Numbered from the stretch's first letter, positions 49,262 to 60,946 are shown. The stretch: 64,000 bases of DNA from Candidatus Cloacimonadota bacterium (GCA_049903315.1 JBNGBT010000007.1:6561-70560); one strand, 5' to 3'. The notes: a model not told the origin generated them from the sequence alone. A program made the numbers and translations.

Positions 49262-51484
49262 ATGAATCTGGAAATCACAGATAAACTCGTAAAAGAACAT
49301 GGTCTTTCAAAAGAAGAGCACACACGCATCCTATCGATTTTAGGACGAGATCCCACAATAACTGAACTCGGAATTTTCTCTGTTATGTGGTCTGAACACG
49401 CCAGTTACAAGAATTCAATTCTACAACTGAAAACTCTTCCGCGATCCGGTGAGTGTCTTCTTAAAGATGCAGGTGAAGAGAATGCCGGTGTGGTCGATAT
49501 TGGAGACGGGCTTGCCGTTGCGTTCAAGATCGAGAGTCATAATCATCCTTCTGCACTGGAGCCATACCAGGGTGCAGCAACGGGAGTTGGAGGTATTCTC
49601 AGGGATGTTTTTACCATGGGTGCGCGTCCAATTGCATCGTTGAATTCACTTCGCTTCGGTTCGCTGGATAATCCTCATGTAAAGCATCTTCTCAAAGGTG
49701 TGGTAAAAGGTATTGCAGATTATGGCAACTGCATGGGCATTCCAACGGTTGCCGGAGAAATTTATTTCGACGACAGCTATGAAGGAAATCCGCTTGTAAA
49801 TGCGATGACAGTCGGGACTATCAAGCATGAACATATTGCGACAGCTGCTGCGTACGGTGTGGGAAATTACGTCCTGTATGTCGGATCATCAACAGGAAGA
49901 GACGGCATTCATGGCGCAACGTTTGCATCGGTCGAACTGACTGAGGAATCTGCAGAAAAGCGAACTTCCGTGCAGGTAGGGGATCCGTTCATGGAAAAAC
50001 TTCTCCTCGAAGCCACCCTCGATGTGATCAAGCAAAACCTCGTTGTGGGCATACAGGATATGGGAGCTGCCGGATTGACCTGTTCGTCATCGGAAATGGC
50101 TGCCAAAGCAGGAACCGGAGTGGATATCGATGTCTCACTCGTGCCCAAAAGAGAAAAGGGAATGACACCTTATGAGATCATGCTCTCGGAATCACAGGAG
50201 CGCATGCTGTTGGTTATCGAACCTCAAAACTTCAAGAAAGTTCAAGAAATATATGAGAAATGGGATCTGCATGTCGTGAAGATCGGCGAAGTGACTGAGA
50301 ATGGAAATCTGCGTGTGCGCGAAAATGGCATTATTGTTGCTGATATACCAGCCCAAACACTTGTACTCGGTGGTGAAGCTCCGGTTTATAACCGAGAAGT
50401 GCAATATCCATCATATCTGGATTCTCTCCATTCCTTTGATCAAGCAAAAATCAAGGAACCATCGGATTATAACGAAGTTTTAAAACGACTTATTTCATCA
50501 CCGAATATTGCAAGCAAAAATTATGTTTACACACAGTACGATCATATGGTGAGGATAAATTCAGTGATCGAACCTGGTTCAGATGCGGCAGTTGTAAGAA
50601 TAAAAGTTACAAACAAAGCACTTGCAATGACCACAGATTGCAATGGAAAATATTGTTATCTCGATCCTTATGAAGGAACAAAGGGAGCTGTTGCAGAAGC
50701 AGCACGGAATATTGTATGCTCAGGTGGAAAACCTCTTGCCATTACGAATTGCCTGAATTTTGGAAACCCCTATAAAAAGGATGTTTATTGGTATTTTTCA
50801 GAATGTATCCGCGGCATGGGGGATGCATGCAGATTTTTCAAAACGCCGGTAACAGGTGGTAATGTCAGTTTCTACAATGAAACTGTGAAGAGCGCCGTGT
50901 ATCCAACACCGGTTATTGGCATGATCGGACTTCTTGATGATGTAAAATACGCGACATCTCAATATTTTAAGGATACGGGAGATGTGATCTTTCTCTTGGG
51001 AAAATCCTGTGATATTATTAGCGGATCAGAATATCTGGAAGTTGAGCATCATATGATCGTCGGACATGCACCTAAAGTAGATTTCGAATTGGAACAAAAA
51101 ATCCAGGATATTTGTTATGAAGCTATTCGAGAAGGAATCGTAAAATCTGCGCATGATTGTTCTGAAGGTGGACTTGCAGTTGCTTTAGCCGAATCCTGTT
51201 TTAATCCGGATGGATTACTTGGAGCTCATATCAATATGGAATTCGTGAATCGCACCGATTTCGGACTTTTTGGCGAATCTCACTCGCGAATTATCGTGTC
51301 TGTCGAAGAAAAAGATATTCCTTCCTTTGTTCGAATAATTAAAAAACATGATGCTCCTTATAAACTCCTAGGAAAAGTTACTGATAAGAAATTTCAAATA
51401 AATGACCTTATATCGTCTGATACCAATGAGTTATATGAGCTATGGCACAATGCCATTCGACTAAAAATGGAGTCAGTTACATGA
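49262..51484 (+). CDS. purL: Phosphoribosylformylglycinamidine synthase subunit PurL
   Basis: 740 aa; AIR-synthase-related tandem domains ([35 protein letters not shown]); TGA stop. Confidence 0.93.
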   Translation: MNLEITDKLVKEHGLSKEEHTRILSILGRDPTITELGIFSVMWSEHASYKNSILQLKTLPRSGECLLKDAGEENAGVVDIGDGLAVAFKIESHNHPSALEPYQGAATGVGGILRDVFTMGARPIASLNSLRFGSLDNPHVKHLLKGVVKGIADYGNCMGIPTVAGEIYFDDSYEGNPLVNAMTVGTIKHEHIATAAAYGVGNYVLYVGSSTGRDGIHGATFASVELTEESAEKRTSVQVGDPFMEKLLLEATLDVIKQNLVVGIQDMGAAGLTCSSSEMAAKAGTGVDIDVSLVPKREKGMTPYEIMLSESQERMLLVIEPQNFKKVQEIYEKWDLHVVKIGEVTENGNLRVRENGIIVADIPAQTLVLGGEAPVYNREVQYPSYLDSLHSFDQAKIKEPSDYNEVLKRLISSPNIASKNYVYTQYDHMVRINSVIEPGSDAAVVRIKVTNKALAMTTDCNGKYCYLDPYEGTKGAVAEAARNIVCSGGKPLAITNCLNFGNPYKKDVYWYFSECIRGMGDACRFFKTPVTGGNVSFYNETVKSAVYPTPVIGMIGLLDDVKYATSQYFKDTGDVIFLLGKSCDIISGSEYLEVEHHMIVGHAPKVDFELEQKIQDICYEAIREGIVKSAHDCSEGGLAVALAESCFNPDGLLGAHINMEFVNRTDFGLFGESHSRIIVSVEEKDIPSFVRIIKKHDAPYKLLGKVTDKKFQINDLISSDTNELYELWHNAIRLKMESVT

Positions 51485-52320
51485 TACCTTTTCCGGAAAT
51501 AAATCCATCACTCGCAACCATTCCCGAATTCTCGGTTTGGTCTCTTACCATCGGACCTTTCGAAATACGATGGTATGCGCTTATGTACCTAATTTCATTT
51601 GCTATTGGCTATTTCCTTTTGAGAAAACTCTACAAGAAACGGGATATTCACATCAAAAGAACTGATTTTGAAAACCTTTTTTTCTACCTTATGCTCGGAG
51701 TCATTATTGGAGGCAGACTTGGTTATATGCTTTTCTACAATTTCCAGGAAATATTTCGACATCCTCTTGAAATCTTTGCTGTGTGGCATGGGGGGATGTC
51801 ATTCCATGGAGGATTGATCGCAGCAATAATTTTCGGGTACTTATTTTGCAGAAAATATCATTATGATTTTTATAAATTAGCTGATCCAACCGTCGTAGTC
51901 GCACCGATCGGGCTTGCGCTTGGAAGACTTGGAAATTTCATCAATGGAGAGCTTTACGGAAGAGCGACCAGTCTTCCGTGGGGTATGCTTTTCCCCGGAG
52001 AAGAGGTTCCGCGACATCCTTCTCAACTCTATGAATTATCCCTTGAAGGCATTTTACTTTTCATCATATTATTTATATTGATTAAAAAGAATGTACGAAA
52101 AGGATTTGTATTCTGGAGCTTCATCTTTTTGTATGGATTATTTAGATTCCTGGTGGAATTTGTTCGCGAACCGGATGCACACCTCGGGCATCTCATTGGC
52201 TTCATGACAATGGGGCAGATTCTGAGTTCACTCATGATGATCGCGGGAATAATCGGCTATATCTCTATTTTTAGGAAAAAACAGGTGCCTGTTATACAAG
52301 AGGATCAAAACAATGAATAA
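51481..52320 (+). CDS. lgt: Prolipoprotein diacylglyceryl transferase
   Basis: [35 protein letters not shown]; start overlaps the purL stop (ATGA). Confidence 0.88.
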   Translation: MIPFPEINPSLATIPEFSVWSLTIGPFEIRWYALMYLISFAIGYFLLRKLYKKRDIHIKRTDFENLFFYLMLGVIIGGRLGYMLFYNFQEIFRHPLEIFAVWHGGMSFHGGLIAAIIFGYLFCRKYHYDFYKLADPTVVVAPIGLALGRLGNFINGELYGRATSLPWGMLFPGEEVPRHPSQLYELSLEGILLFIILFILIKKNVRKGFVFWSFIFLYGLFRFLVEFVREPDAHLGHLIGFMTMGQILSSLMMIAGIIGYISIFRKKQVPVIQEDQNNE

Positions 52321-53017
52321 AGTCATTACAGGAGTAGCTGTTATATTTTTTCTTGTTGGCTGCAGTTCCGTGAAATCAGGCAGATACAGCACATTTGAAA
52401 TTCAAAATAAGATCATTGAAAACCTGAATTATTTAAAGGAATGCAAAGCTGAAGGTTTAGCAAATATCAACTATGAGGGTTTTGAAATAAAGACAAATTT
52501 CCTATTGCGGAAAAAGGATTCAAATGTGAGAGTAGATGTCTTCTCAGGTGGTATTTTAGGTCTTTCACCAGCTCCCAAAGCCCAGATCGTTCTTCAGAAT
52601 AATTTCGTGAATGTGTTTATTCCTGACCAGAAACGGCTTACCATAACCCGCTTAATTCCAGTAGATTCGCTTCTTAATGTGCAAAGCATTGCTGCCAGTC
52701 ATGATGTCGTTGAGAATTTCGGATATTACATGACCTCCCCTTTCAATGGAGTGTATTACATCTTTGATAAAAAATTTCATCTTGAAGTTGTGCAGATTCG
52801 TGAAATTCGTATCCAGTTCTCAAACTATAAAAAAAATCTTCCATATCACATCACAGTGCTTCAGGATAAAATCGAAATAATCTCGCTTGAGATTGATAAA
52901 TGGGATTTTTCTCATTATCCGGATAGCATCTTTGATTTCGAAGTGCCTAAAGATGTTCAGATCGAAGCAAATGAGATCGATCTGACTATACCGATAGAAG
53001 TAATAGAAGACGAATAG
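52313..53017 (+). CDS. Hypothetical lipoprotein
   Basis: Lipobox LVGCSS; no family recognised with confidence. Confidence 0.45.
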   Translation: MNKVITGVAVIFFLVGCSSVKSGRYSTFEIQNKIIENLNYLKECKAEGLANINYEGFEIKTNFLLRKKDSNVRVDVFSGGILGLSPAPKAQIVLQNNFVNVFIPDQKRLTITRLIPVDSLLNVQSIAASHDVVENFGYYMTSPFNGVYYIFDKKFHLEVVQIREIRIQFSNYKKNLPYHITVLQDKIEIISLEIDKWDFSHYPDSIFDFEVPKDVQIEANEIDLTIPIEVIEDE

Positions 53018-53024
53018 AGGATCT

Positions 53025-54320
53025 ATGATTTCACGATATACATTACCGGAAATGACTCAATTGTGGAGTCTTGAAAACAAGTTTCAAACCTGGCTGAATG
53101 TCGAGATCGCAGCTGCTGAAGCCATGAACAAACTGGGATTAGTTCCCGAAACTGATCTGAAAAACATTCAACAGAAAGCACGGTTCAAGGTTTCTGAAAT
53201 TAACGAAATTGAGAATGAAGTTCATCATGATGTCATTGCCTTTCTGACAAATGTGGCTGAGTATGTAGGTCCTTCCGCACGCTATATTCATCTTGGCATG
53301 ACATCTTCAGACGTAATCGATACAGCAAATTCACTCTTGATGAAACAAGCAGGAGAAATAATACTGGCCTCAATCAAATCTTGTATGAATGTGCTCAAAC
53401 AGAGCGCTTATAAGTATAAAGATACCCTCTGCATAGGGCGTTCACACGGCATCCATGCTGAGCCAACAACTTTCGGACTGAAATTTGCACTGTGGTATGA
53501 TGAAATGCACAGAAATCTGATTCGCTGGGAAAGAGCAATTGAAACAATTTCAGTTGGGCAAATTTCGGGTGCTGTTGGTAATTATGCCCACCTTTCTATG
53601 GAAGTGGAAACGTATGTATGTAAAAAACTTGGACTGAAACCGGTAAATATTTCCACACAAGTCATACAAAGAGACCGTTATTCTGAATATTTGTCATCTA
53701 TAGCAATCATAGGAAGCACACTCGAGAAGATCGCACTTGAAATACGGCATCTCCAGCGTACTGAGGTGCATGAAGTAGAGGAAAATTTCTCAAAAGGACA
53801 AAAAGGTTCTTCTGCAATGCCGCATAAGAAAAATCCGATAATTGCTGAACGTATCTGCGGTCTTGCACGTATTCTGCGAAGTAATGCAATGACGGCTTTC
53901 GAGAATAATGCACTCTGGCATGAACGTGATATCAGCCATTCCTCTGCTGAAAGAATAATAATTCCTGACTCAACTTCGCTGATTCATTACTTACTATTTA
54001 AAACAATTGCGCTTATTGAAAATCTTGTAGTGTTTCCCGAAAAGATGGCTGAAAATATAGAACTCACACATGGATTGATTTATAGTCAGTCGGTGCTCCT
54101 TGCACTTGCTCAAAAAGGTATCTCGCGAGAAAAAGCTTATGAAATCGTGCAGAAAGCTGCAATGGAATGCTGGAAGACAAATGAAGATTTTAAAGATATT
54201 TTGATGAGAAATAATGAATTTAACTCCTCTATGAGCAAAGATGAGATTAACTCAATATTCAGTATGGATAAATTTTCCGATAATGTCGATGCGATATTTT
54301 CCAGAGTATTTGATATGTAG
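53025..54320 (+). CDS. purB: Adenylosuccinate lyase
   Basis: Fumarate-lyase signature GSSAMPHKKNP and overall PurB layout. Confidence 0.92.
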   Translation: MISRYTLPEMTQLWSLENKFQTWLNVEIAAAEAMNKLGLVPETDLKNIQQKARFKVSEINEIENEVHHDVIAFLTNVAEYVGPSARYIHLGMTSSDVIDTANSLLMKQAGEIILASIKSCMNVLKQSAYKYKDTLCIGRSHGIHAEPTTFGLKFALWYDEMHRNLIRWERAIETISVGQISGAVGNYAHLSMEVETYVCKKLGLKPVNISTQVIQRDRYSEYLSSIAIIGSTLEKIALEIRHLQRTEVHEVEENFSKGQKGSSAMPHKKNPIIAERICGLARILRSNAMTAFENNALWHERDISHSSAERIIIPDSTSLIHYLLFKTIALIENLVVFPEKMAENIELTHGLIYSQSVLLALAQKGISREKAYEIVQKAAMECWKTNEDFKDILMRNNEFNSSMSKDEINSIFSMDKFSDNVDAIFSRVFDM

Positions 54321-54453
54321 GAGAAATATTATGAATTATGAAATAAATAAAAAATTAATAAATCCAATTTTCCGAGATTTTCGCCTGCCTCGGCGTAATG
54401 CAATGGAGACGGGTGTTTTTCGTGGTTAAATTTATTAATATGTAGGAGTAAAT

Positions 54454-54702
54454 GTGCGAAAAGCAACCATATATGTCACACTAAAACCGGAAGTGCTCGA
54501 TCCGCAGGGTAAGGTTATTATGAATGCCCTGCATACACTTGGATATAATAATGTTACTGAAGTTCGTGCAAGTAAAATGTTCGAATTGACAGTAAAAACT
54601 AAAAAAGGTGCTGACATCGCAAAAGAAATTGATGAGATCTGCGATAAAGTCCTGGCAAATCCAAATATTGAGACTTATCGATACGATATACATGACGAAT
54701 AA
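54454..54702 (+). CDS. purS: Phosphoribosylformylglycinamidine synthase subunit PurS
   Basis: 82 aa, PurS-like (VTLKPEVLDPQGKVI); GTG start preceded by TAGGAG. Confidence 0.85.
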   Translation: MRKATIYVTLKPEVLDPQGKVIMNALHTLGYNNVTEVRASKMFELTVKTKKGADIAKEIDEICDKVLANPNIETYRYDIHDE

Positions 54703-54739
54703 TGTAACTCAATCGAAATCGGCAATTTAGAGTTAAAAT

Positions 54740-55432
54740 ATGAAGTATAATATAATTATTTTCCCCGGCTCAAACTGCGACTATGATGCATATTTTGTGA
54801 CGAAAAATCTTATGAGCGATGAAGTGGAATATGTCTGGCATAAGAACACAGCCCTCAAAAATCCGGACTGCATAATCATACCCGGTGGATTTTCTTATGG
54901 AGATTATCTTCGCGCCGGTGCCATTGCAAAGTTCAGTCCTATTATGAAAGAAGTTATATCCTTTGCAAAAAAAGGTGGTTTGGTTATCGGTATTTGTAAT
55001 GGATTCCAAGTTTTAACAGAGACGCAACTACTACCGGGAGCACTCCTACAAAACAAATCACTTCTTTTTATTTGTAAACATCAATTTGTACAAGTAATGA
55101 ATACCTCAACACCTTTTACGAATGCAATGAAAGTAGATACCATTCTGGATATTCCCATTGCTCATAATGAAGGAAATTATTTTATTGATCCAGACGGGCT
55201 GAAATCATTGCAGGATAACCAGCAAATCGTGTTCCAGTACTGCAACAAAAAAGGTGATGTAAATGATACTTCAAATCCCAATGGTTCTCTTCTTAATATT
55301 GCAGGCATAGTGAATAGGAAAGGCAATGTCCTCGGTATGATGCCGCATCCCGAACGCACCTCCGATCCGATTTGCGGTGTTACAGATGGTCAGCAGATTT
55401 TCCTCTCTATTAAGAAATTTATTGAGAAATGA
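54740..55432 (+). CDS. purQ: Phosphoribosylformylglycinamidine synthase subunit PurQ (glutaminase)
   Basis: GFSYGDYLRAG, catalytic Cys in ICNGFQVL, HPER. Confidence 0.9.
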   Translation: MKYNIIIFPGSNCDYDAYFVTKNLMSDEVEYVWHKNTALKNPDCIIIPGGFSYGDYLRAGAIAKFSPIMKEVISFAKKGGLVIGICNGFQVLTETQLLPGALLQNKSLLFICKHQFVQVMNTSTPFTNAMKVDTILDIPIAHNEGNYFIDPDGLKSLQDNQQIVFQYCNKKGDVNDTSNPNGSLLNIAGIVNRKGNVLGMMPHPERTSDPICGVTDGQQIFLSIKKFIEK

Positions 55433-56124
55433 ACATACTGAACTCTCTATCCAATCTTTTCTTTCCCAATCAATGTTTTTCCTGTAATAAACGAATCGAG
55501 AATTCATCTTTGCTCTGCGAACAATGCCTGGAAGATCTCATTCAGATGCCAAATAACACATGCACTTTCTGTAATAATGATACAATACATAGTCTCATTT
55601 GCGAAGAATGCAAAAAGGAATATCCTTTTGATGAAGTGGTGTGTGCGTATACATTTAACCTGCCTATCCAACGAATGATACATCATTTCAAATATAATGA
55701 ATTCAAAAAGATTGGAGCGTATCTTGGAGCTGAGCTTGCCGAACTTATTTCATCTTATTCATTCATAACTGAGACGGATTATATCATCCCTGTTCCACTT
55801 CATAAAACAAAGAGAAGATTCCGCGGATTCAATCAAGCTGAAATAATAGCAAAAGCATTATCTGTGAAATTGGATATCCCTATTTTAAAAAATGTGCTGA
55901 GTAGAAAAAAATTTACACAAACACAAACACAATTAAAAAAACATGAACGTGAGAAAAATGTTGCGAACGCATTTCATGTAAAAAATATTGGCACTATTAA
56001 AAATAAATCTCTTTTATTAGTTGACGATGTTTTGACAACTGGATCAACTATGAAATCAATCGCACTTTTATTAAAGAAAAATTTTGCGAAGCATATTTAC
56101 GTATGCACATTAGCGAGAGCGTAA
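55429..56124 (+). CDS. comF: ComF-family phosphoribosyltransferase-domain protein
   Basis: N-terminal Cys clusters (CFSC...CEQC, CTFC...CEEC) plus PRTase motif LLVDDVLTTGSTM; overlaps the purQ stop. Confidence 0.8.
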   Translation: MNILNSLSNLFFPNQCFSCNKRIENSSLLCEQCLEDLIQMPNNTCTFCNNDTIHSLICEECKKEYPFDEVVCAYTFNLPIQRMIHHFKYNEFKKIGAYLGAELAELISSYSFITETDYIIPVPLHKTKRRFRGFNQAEIIAKALSVKLDIPILKNVLSRKKFTQTQTQLKKHEREKNVANAFHVKNIGTIKNKSLLLVDDVLTTGSTMKSIALLLKKNFAKHIYVCTLARA

Positions 56125-56127
56125 AGC

Positions 56128-56490
56128 ATGGCAGATGTTATAGTAGAAGTTTCAAAAGATGATGCCCATGAATTAATGGACAGAACGGCAAAATTCATTG
56201 CTGAAAGACGCATGGGTTCTGCTGCGATTTTATTAATAGAATCACTAAAGCCGTTGAATTTTATTGCGAGCCAGATCCTCTATATGATCGCTCCTTTTGC
56301 AGAGCTCATATTTAAGCCGGAAGAATATCAAAAATTTGCATGTTCCCTTGAAAATAGAGATAATGTAAAATATCTTATCAATAAGATTGACGAAGAGGAT
56401 GCAAATTTCCATAGAGAGTTGAAAGCTGAAAAGAAAAAAGCAAAAGAATTGAAAAAGAAGAAAAAATTATTAAAAAATAAAGTGAAATAA
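56128..56490 (+). CDS. Hypothetical protein (120 aa, Lys-rich tail)
   Basis: Tightly packed between comF and the GlmL-like gene; no family recognised. Confidence 0.4.
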   Translation: MADVIVEVSKDDAHELMDRTAKFIAERRMGSAAILLIESLKPLNFIASQILYMIAPFAELIFKPEEYQKFACSLENRDNVKYLINKIDEEDANFHRELKAEKKKAKELKKKKKLLKNKVK

Positions 56491-56502
56491 ATCGGAGGAA
56501 AT

Positions 56503-58401
56503 ATGGCAAAAGAGCTACGTTCAATATTGGCTACCGACTGTGGTAGCACAACAACGAAAGCCATATTAATTAAGAAAATCGATGATGTATATCGTTTGAT
56601 CGTACGAGGTGAAGCACCAACAACAGTGGAAGCTCCCTTTGATGATGTGACAAAAGGTGTTCTGAATGCGGTCGAAGAAGTTCAGGACCTCGTTCATATT
56701 CGAGGAGAAAAAGATAGGTCTATCATCAAAGATGAAACAATAGAAGTACCTCAGGATGGCGATAAAGGTGTTGATGCATATGTGTCTACGAGCAGCGCCG
56801 GTGGGGGACTTCAAATGATGGTTGCCGGCGTCGTAAAAAGCATGACTGGTGAAAGTGCAGAACGTGCAGCACTCGGTGCAGGAGCTATTGTTATGGATGT
56901 GCTTGCAAGCAATGACAAGCGCCTTCCTCACCAAAGGATCGAAAGAATACGGCATCTGCGTCCCGATATGATACTTCTGTCAGGAGGTATCGATGGGGGA
57001 ACGACCAAGCATGTGGTCGAACTCGCAGAGATTATTGCTGCTGCAGATCCCAAACCCCGTCTTGGATCAGAATACAAATTACCAGTCATCTATGCGGGAA
57101 ACAAGGACGCTCGTGATGCAGTGAAAGAGACACTGGGGAGCAAGGTCGATCTTATCATAACAGATAATATCCGACCTGTGCTTGAAAGAGAAAATCTCGG
57201 ACCTGCGCGTGATAAAATACACGATCTTTTTATGGAGCATGTGATGGCTCAAGCGCCAGGATACAAAAAGCTTATGGCTTGGGCGAGGGCAGAAACAGAA
57301 AACGGAAAAATCGAAGAAGTGCCTATCATGCCTACACCTGGAGCTGTCGGAAACATCATGCAGACAATTGCGCGGCTGGAAAACATCGAGGTCGTGGGTG
57401 TGGATATCGGCGGAGCTACAACTGATGTCTTTTCGGTGTTCTCTGAGGATAAAGTATTCAACAGAACAGTAAGTGCAAACCTGGGAATGAGTTATAGTAT
57501 TTCAAACGTGCTCGCTTCGACAGGTATAAAAAATATTTTACGCTGGGTGCCTTTCGATATTCCGGAAACTCAACTGCGTAATATGATCAAAAATAAAATG
57601 ATCAGGCCTACCACGATTCCTTTCCTTGCAGAAGAACTTATGCTGGAACAGGCAATCGCAAAAGAAGCGCTTCGTCTTGCTTTTGAACAGCATAAAGAAT
57701 TTGCCGTTACTCTGAAAGGCACACAGAGAGAAAGAGAAATTTCTGAAGCATTCTCGCAATCAACATCAGGTGAAACAATTGTAAATATGATGACTCTTGA
57801 TATATTGGTTGGCAGCGGTGGTGTACTTTCTCACGCACCTCGAAGAAACCAGTCTGCGATGATGATGATCGATGCATTTCTTCCCGAAGGCATCACACGC
57901 CTTGCGGTTGATAGTATATTCATGATGCCGCAGCTTGGTGTACTGTCAACGATCAGTGAAAAGGCAGCACAAGAAGTATTTGAAAGAGATTGTCTTATCC
58001 ATCTAGGAACCTGCATCGCGCCAAAAGGTAAGTATAAACAAGGTAAAACAGCGCTTAATGCGAGGATCGAACTGCCAAATGGAGAGATCTACGAAGAGAG
58101 TATCCCGTTTGGAGAGATCGTCAGATTGAATCTTGGTGTTGGTGAAAATGCAAAAGCAATTTTAAAACCATCAAGTGGATGCGATCTTGGTACAGGGAAG
58201 AATACTGAAGTTGAAACTACGATTTCTGGTGGTGTTGTTGGTATTATTATTGATACTCGCGGAAGAGAATTGTATTTTGATGAAAAGCTGAACAAAGAAA
58301 CAATGAGCGCTCATATTCCATCGGATAATGCAGCACGAGTCGAATCGTTGAAAAAGTGGATGAAAGCTCTCGAAGTCTATCCCCAAGAATGGTTATCATA
58401 G
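56503..58401 (+). CDS. GlmL/MutL-family (hydantoinase-like ASKHA) ATPase, 632 aa
   Basis: RBS GGAGG; ILATDCGSTTTKAI and VDIGGATTDVFS phosphate motifs; paralog of the N-terminal two-thirds of 8650-11556. Confidence 0.75.
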   Translation: MAKELRSILATDCGSTTTKAILIKKIDDVYRLIVRGEAPTTVEAPFDDVTKGVLNAVEEVQDLVHIRGEKDRSIIKDETIEVPQDGDKGVDAYVSTSSAGGGLQMMVAGVVKSMTGESAERAALGAGAIVMDVLASNDKRLPHQRIERIRHLRPDMILLSGGIDGGTTKHVVELAEIIAAADPKPRLGSEYKLPVIYAGNKDARDAVKETLGSKVDLIITDNIRPVLERENLGPARDKIHDLFMEHVMAQAPGYKKLMAWARAETENGKIEEVPIMPTPGAVGNIMQTIARLENIEVVGVDIGGATTDVFSVFSEDKVFNRTVSANLGMSYSISNVLASTGIKNILRWVPFDIPETQLRNMIKNKMIRPTTIPFLAEELMLEQAIAKEALRLAFEQHKEFAVTLKGTQREREISEAFSQSTSGETIVNMMTLDILVGSGGVLSHAPRRNQSAMMMIDAFLPEGITRLAVDSIFMMPQLGVLSTISEKAAQEVFERDCLIHLGTCIAPKGKYKQGKTALNARIELPNGEIYEESIPFGEIVRLNLGVGENAKAILKPSSGCDLGTGKNTEVETTISGGVVGIIIDTRGRELYFDEKLNKETMSAHIPSDNAARVESLKKWMKALEVYPQEWLS

Positions 58402-58410
58402 GAGGTTCAC

Positions 58411-59535
58411 ATGGCACAAGCATATACTCCCGGATTGACAATAACAAAAAGTATTATTCTGAGAAAAGATAGAATCCTTCCTCTCAAAGGTGAAGTTGTG
58501 GTAAAAGTAGGGGACAAGGTCACTGCAGATGACAATGTCGCAAAAACCGATTTACCAGGTGACGTTATCGCAATCAATATCGGCAATAAACTCGGAGTCC
58601 CGCCCTCTGATGTTTTGTCAAAAATGCAGAAAAAAGAAGGTGAAAAAATAAAAAAAGATGAACCTCTCGCAATGAGCCAGAGTATGTTCGGTCTTTTTAA
58701 ATCTATTGTGAAATCACCGATTACCGGCACAGTCGAGAATATTTCGAGTATCACAGGACAAGTTCTTCTTCGAGAACCTCCGGTCCCAATAACCGTGAAA
58801 GCATTTATTGATGGCGTCGTCAGCAAGGTTTATGAAAATGAAGGCGTCCAGATAGAGAATAAATCTGCCTATATACAGGGAATCTTCGGCATTGGTGGTG
58901 AGATTACTGGTGAAATCAAAGTTCTTGTTGATGGACCAGATGCCGAACTCCTGCCTGAACAGATTGATAATTCATGTAAGGATAAGATCATAGTGGGCGG
59001 TTCTATGGTGCGCCTGCCGGCTATTAAGAAAGCAATTCAAGTTAATGCAAAAGGCATTGTTATAGGCGGTATTGATGACCAGGATCTTAAAGACCTGCTT
59101 GGCTATGATATCGGTGTTGCAATAACCGGACATGAGGAGATTGGGTTGACTCTCGTTCTCACAGAAGGTTTTGGCCCAATTAAAATGGCTGCAAAAACGT
59201 ATGAAATATTAAAAGAATTCGAGGGTTATAAGACTTCCATGCACGGCAAAACCCAGATCAGAGCCGGTGTGATGAGACCAGAGATAATTATTCCAATTCC
59301 ATTTAAAGAAGAAGAGTTGAAAGCCAAAGAGAAAGAAATCTCAGGACTGAAAATTGGTAGTATAATTCGAATTATCCGAGAACCTCATTTCGGAGAGATC
59401 TGTGAAGTGACGGCACTTCCCGAAGAACTTGTTGTAGTTGAATCTGAAACAAAAGTGCGTGTACTCAAGGCAAAAATGGACGATGGCATTGAAGTTACAG
59501 TTCCACGTGCAAATGTTGAAGCTATTGAAGATTAA
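58411..59535 (+). CDS. Partner protein of the GlmL-like ATPase (homologous to the C-terminal third of the 968-aa fusion)
   Basis: RBS GGAGG; shares VLTEGFG and GKTQIRAGVMRPEII with the C-terminus of 8650-11556. Confidence 0.65.
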   Translation: MAQAYTPGLTITKSIILRKDRILPLKGEVVVKVGDKVTADDNVAKTDLPGDVIAINIGNKLGVPPSDVLSKMQKKEGEKIKKDEPLAMSQSMFGLFKSIVKSPITGTVENISSITGQVLLREPPVPITVKAFIDGVVSKVYENEGVQIENKSAYIQGIFGIGGEITGEIKVLVDGPDAELLPEQIDNSCKDKIIVGGSMVRLPAIKKAIQVNAKGIVIGGIDDQDLKDLLGYDIGVAITGHEEIGLTLVLTEGFGPIKMAAKTYEILKEFEGYKTSMHGKTQIRAGVMRPEIIIPIPFKEEELKAKEKEISGLKIGSIIRIIREPHFGEICEVTALPEELVVVESETKVRVLKAKMDDGIEVTVPRANVEAIED

Positions 59536-59556
59536 TTGATATTAGTATAAAATATT

Positions 59557-59584
59557 AAAGGGCACCGTCGAGTGCCCTTTTTTA
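59557..59584. terminator. Rho-independent terminator between convergent genes
   Basis: AAAGGGCAC-CGTCGA-GTGCCCTTT hairpin followed by a T-run. Confidence 0.65.
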
Positions 59585-59602
59585 TTACTTGAAATTGTTT
59601 AA

Positions 59603-60946
59603 CTAAAACTCTGTTCCGCTTGAGAAATTAAAATTACTGATTTTCATTGCAGGAACAAGGAAACCACCGCCAAAGAAAGCACCTGCGATCTCAGCAGTAT
59701 CTCCAATCTCTTCTATATTTGAGAAAATATTAATAACACTATCCGTAAAACGCATGTTCTTCAGAGGTTTAGTTATCTTGCCATTCTCTACCATAAAGAA
59801 TCCGTCTCGCGTCATACCAGTTACTAACAATGCAATAGGATCGATAATATTTGAATAGTGGAAATGAGTGACCAGCACACCTTTTTCGGTATTCTTGATC
59901 ATTTTTTCGACCGAACTCTTTCCTGTTTCAAACCTCATTGCAAAAGGATATGCTGCTTGTGTGGGTAGTGGGATTGCATGTCCGTTATTCTCGACACCTG
60001 TCTCTTTTGCAATCCACCTATTCGTTGCAAAACCTTTAGGAATACCTTTGTGAATGAGCGTCATTGGCTTCACGGGCATTCCCTCAAAATCAAAGGGCTG
60101 CGAGCCGATAATAGGACTATAGGGATCTTCAAAAACATTGAGTTTTTCTGAAAACACTTTTTTATTCAATCCATCTTTGAGGAAAGATGTTCCTTCGATA
60201 TAGTCCATGCCGTTGAATCCTCTCCACAGAAGGAAAAGAACAAATTCAGCTACTGCTGCCGGCTCCATTATGACAGTATATTTTCCGGGCTTCAAATTCT
60301 CAGGATATTTGCTCTTCAGCGCTTTTTCGACCGCTATATTTCCCGCTTTTTCCACATCGATCTGACGAACATCCTTTTTGATGATCTCATGCCAACCGGA
60401 AGCAGCGCCATCCATTGCGGTAATACTAAATTCTGCGTTCGTAGAGATATCATAAGCAAAAAGTCCTTTGCTGTTTGCAAGTGCAATCTCAGAGGTTGAG
60501 TTTGAAAATATTCCTGCTCCCTCAAGATTGTTTTTCTTGCATATATTGACTGCTTTTGTAATACTTTCTGCACGCTGCTGTGGTGAAAATTCATCAGTAG
60601 ATTTGCAGAAATTATCAACCTTTTGATATTTCTGCTGTTTCGGAAGTGGAAGAAGTTTATCATTATCTCTTTGCATTCTTGTCGCATCAATAGCCGCTTG
60701 AAGTGTTTGTTTAAGGGAATCATCATCTAATTTATTCGTGGTCGCAGTTGCAGTTTTTTTACCTATGATCGTTCGTATCCTGATATGATAGGATGTATCG
60801 CTTACATTTTGATGTATATAATTATCAGCATATCTTGTAAGCGCACTTTTATTTTTAAAGATCATGACCTCAGTTTCAACTTCTCGGGAAAGAGAACAAA
60901 TTTTCTGGGCTAATTCCCGCATCTCTGCGATATTATTCTGTCTCAT
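59603..60946 (-). CDS. TldD/PmbA family metallopeptidase-like protein
   Basis: 447 aa with a PmbA/TldD-like N-terminal region (RYADNYIHQN...IRIRTIIGKK...ATTN); family call by overall resemblance. Confidence 0.7.
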   Translation of the reverse strand: MRQNNIAEMRELAQKICSLSREVETEVMIFKNKSALTRYADNYIHQNVSDTSYHIRIRTIIGKKTATATTNKLDDDSLKQTLQAAIDATRMQRDNDKLLPLPKQQKYQKVDNFCKSTDEFSPQQRAESITKAVNICKKNNLEGAGIFSNSTSEIALANSKGLFAYDISTNAEFSITAMDGAASGWHEIIKKDVRQIDVEKAGNIAVEKALKSKYPENLKPGKYTVIMEPAAVAEFVLFLLWRGFNGMDYIEGTSFLKDGLNKKVFSEKLNVFEDPYSPIIGSQPFDFEGMPVKPMTLIHKGIPKGFATNRWIAKETGVENNGHAIPLPTQAAYPFAMRFETGKSSVEKMIKNTEKGVLVTHFHYSNIIDPIALLVTGMTRDGFFMVENGKITKPLKNMRFTDSVINIFSNIEEIGDTAEIAGAFFGGGFLVPAMKISNFNFSSGTEF

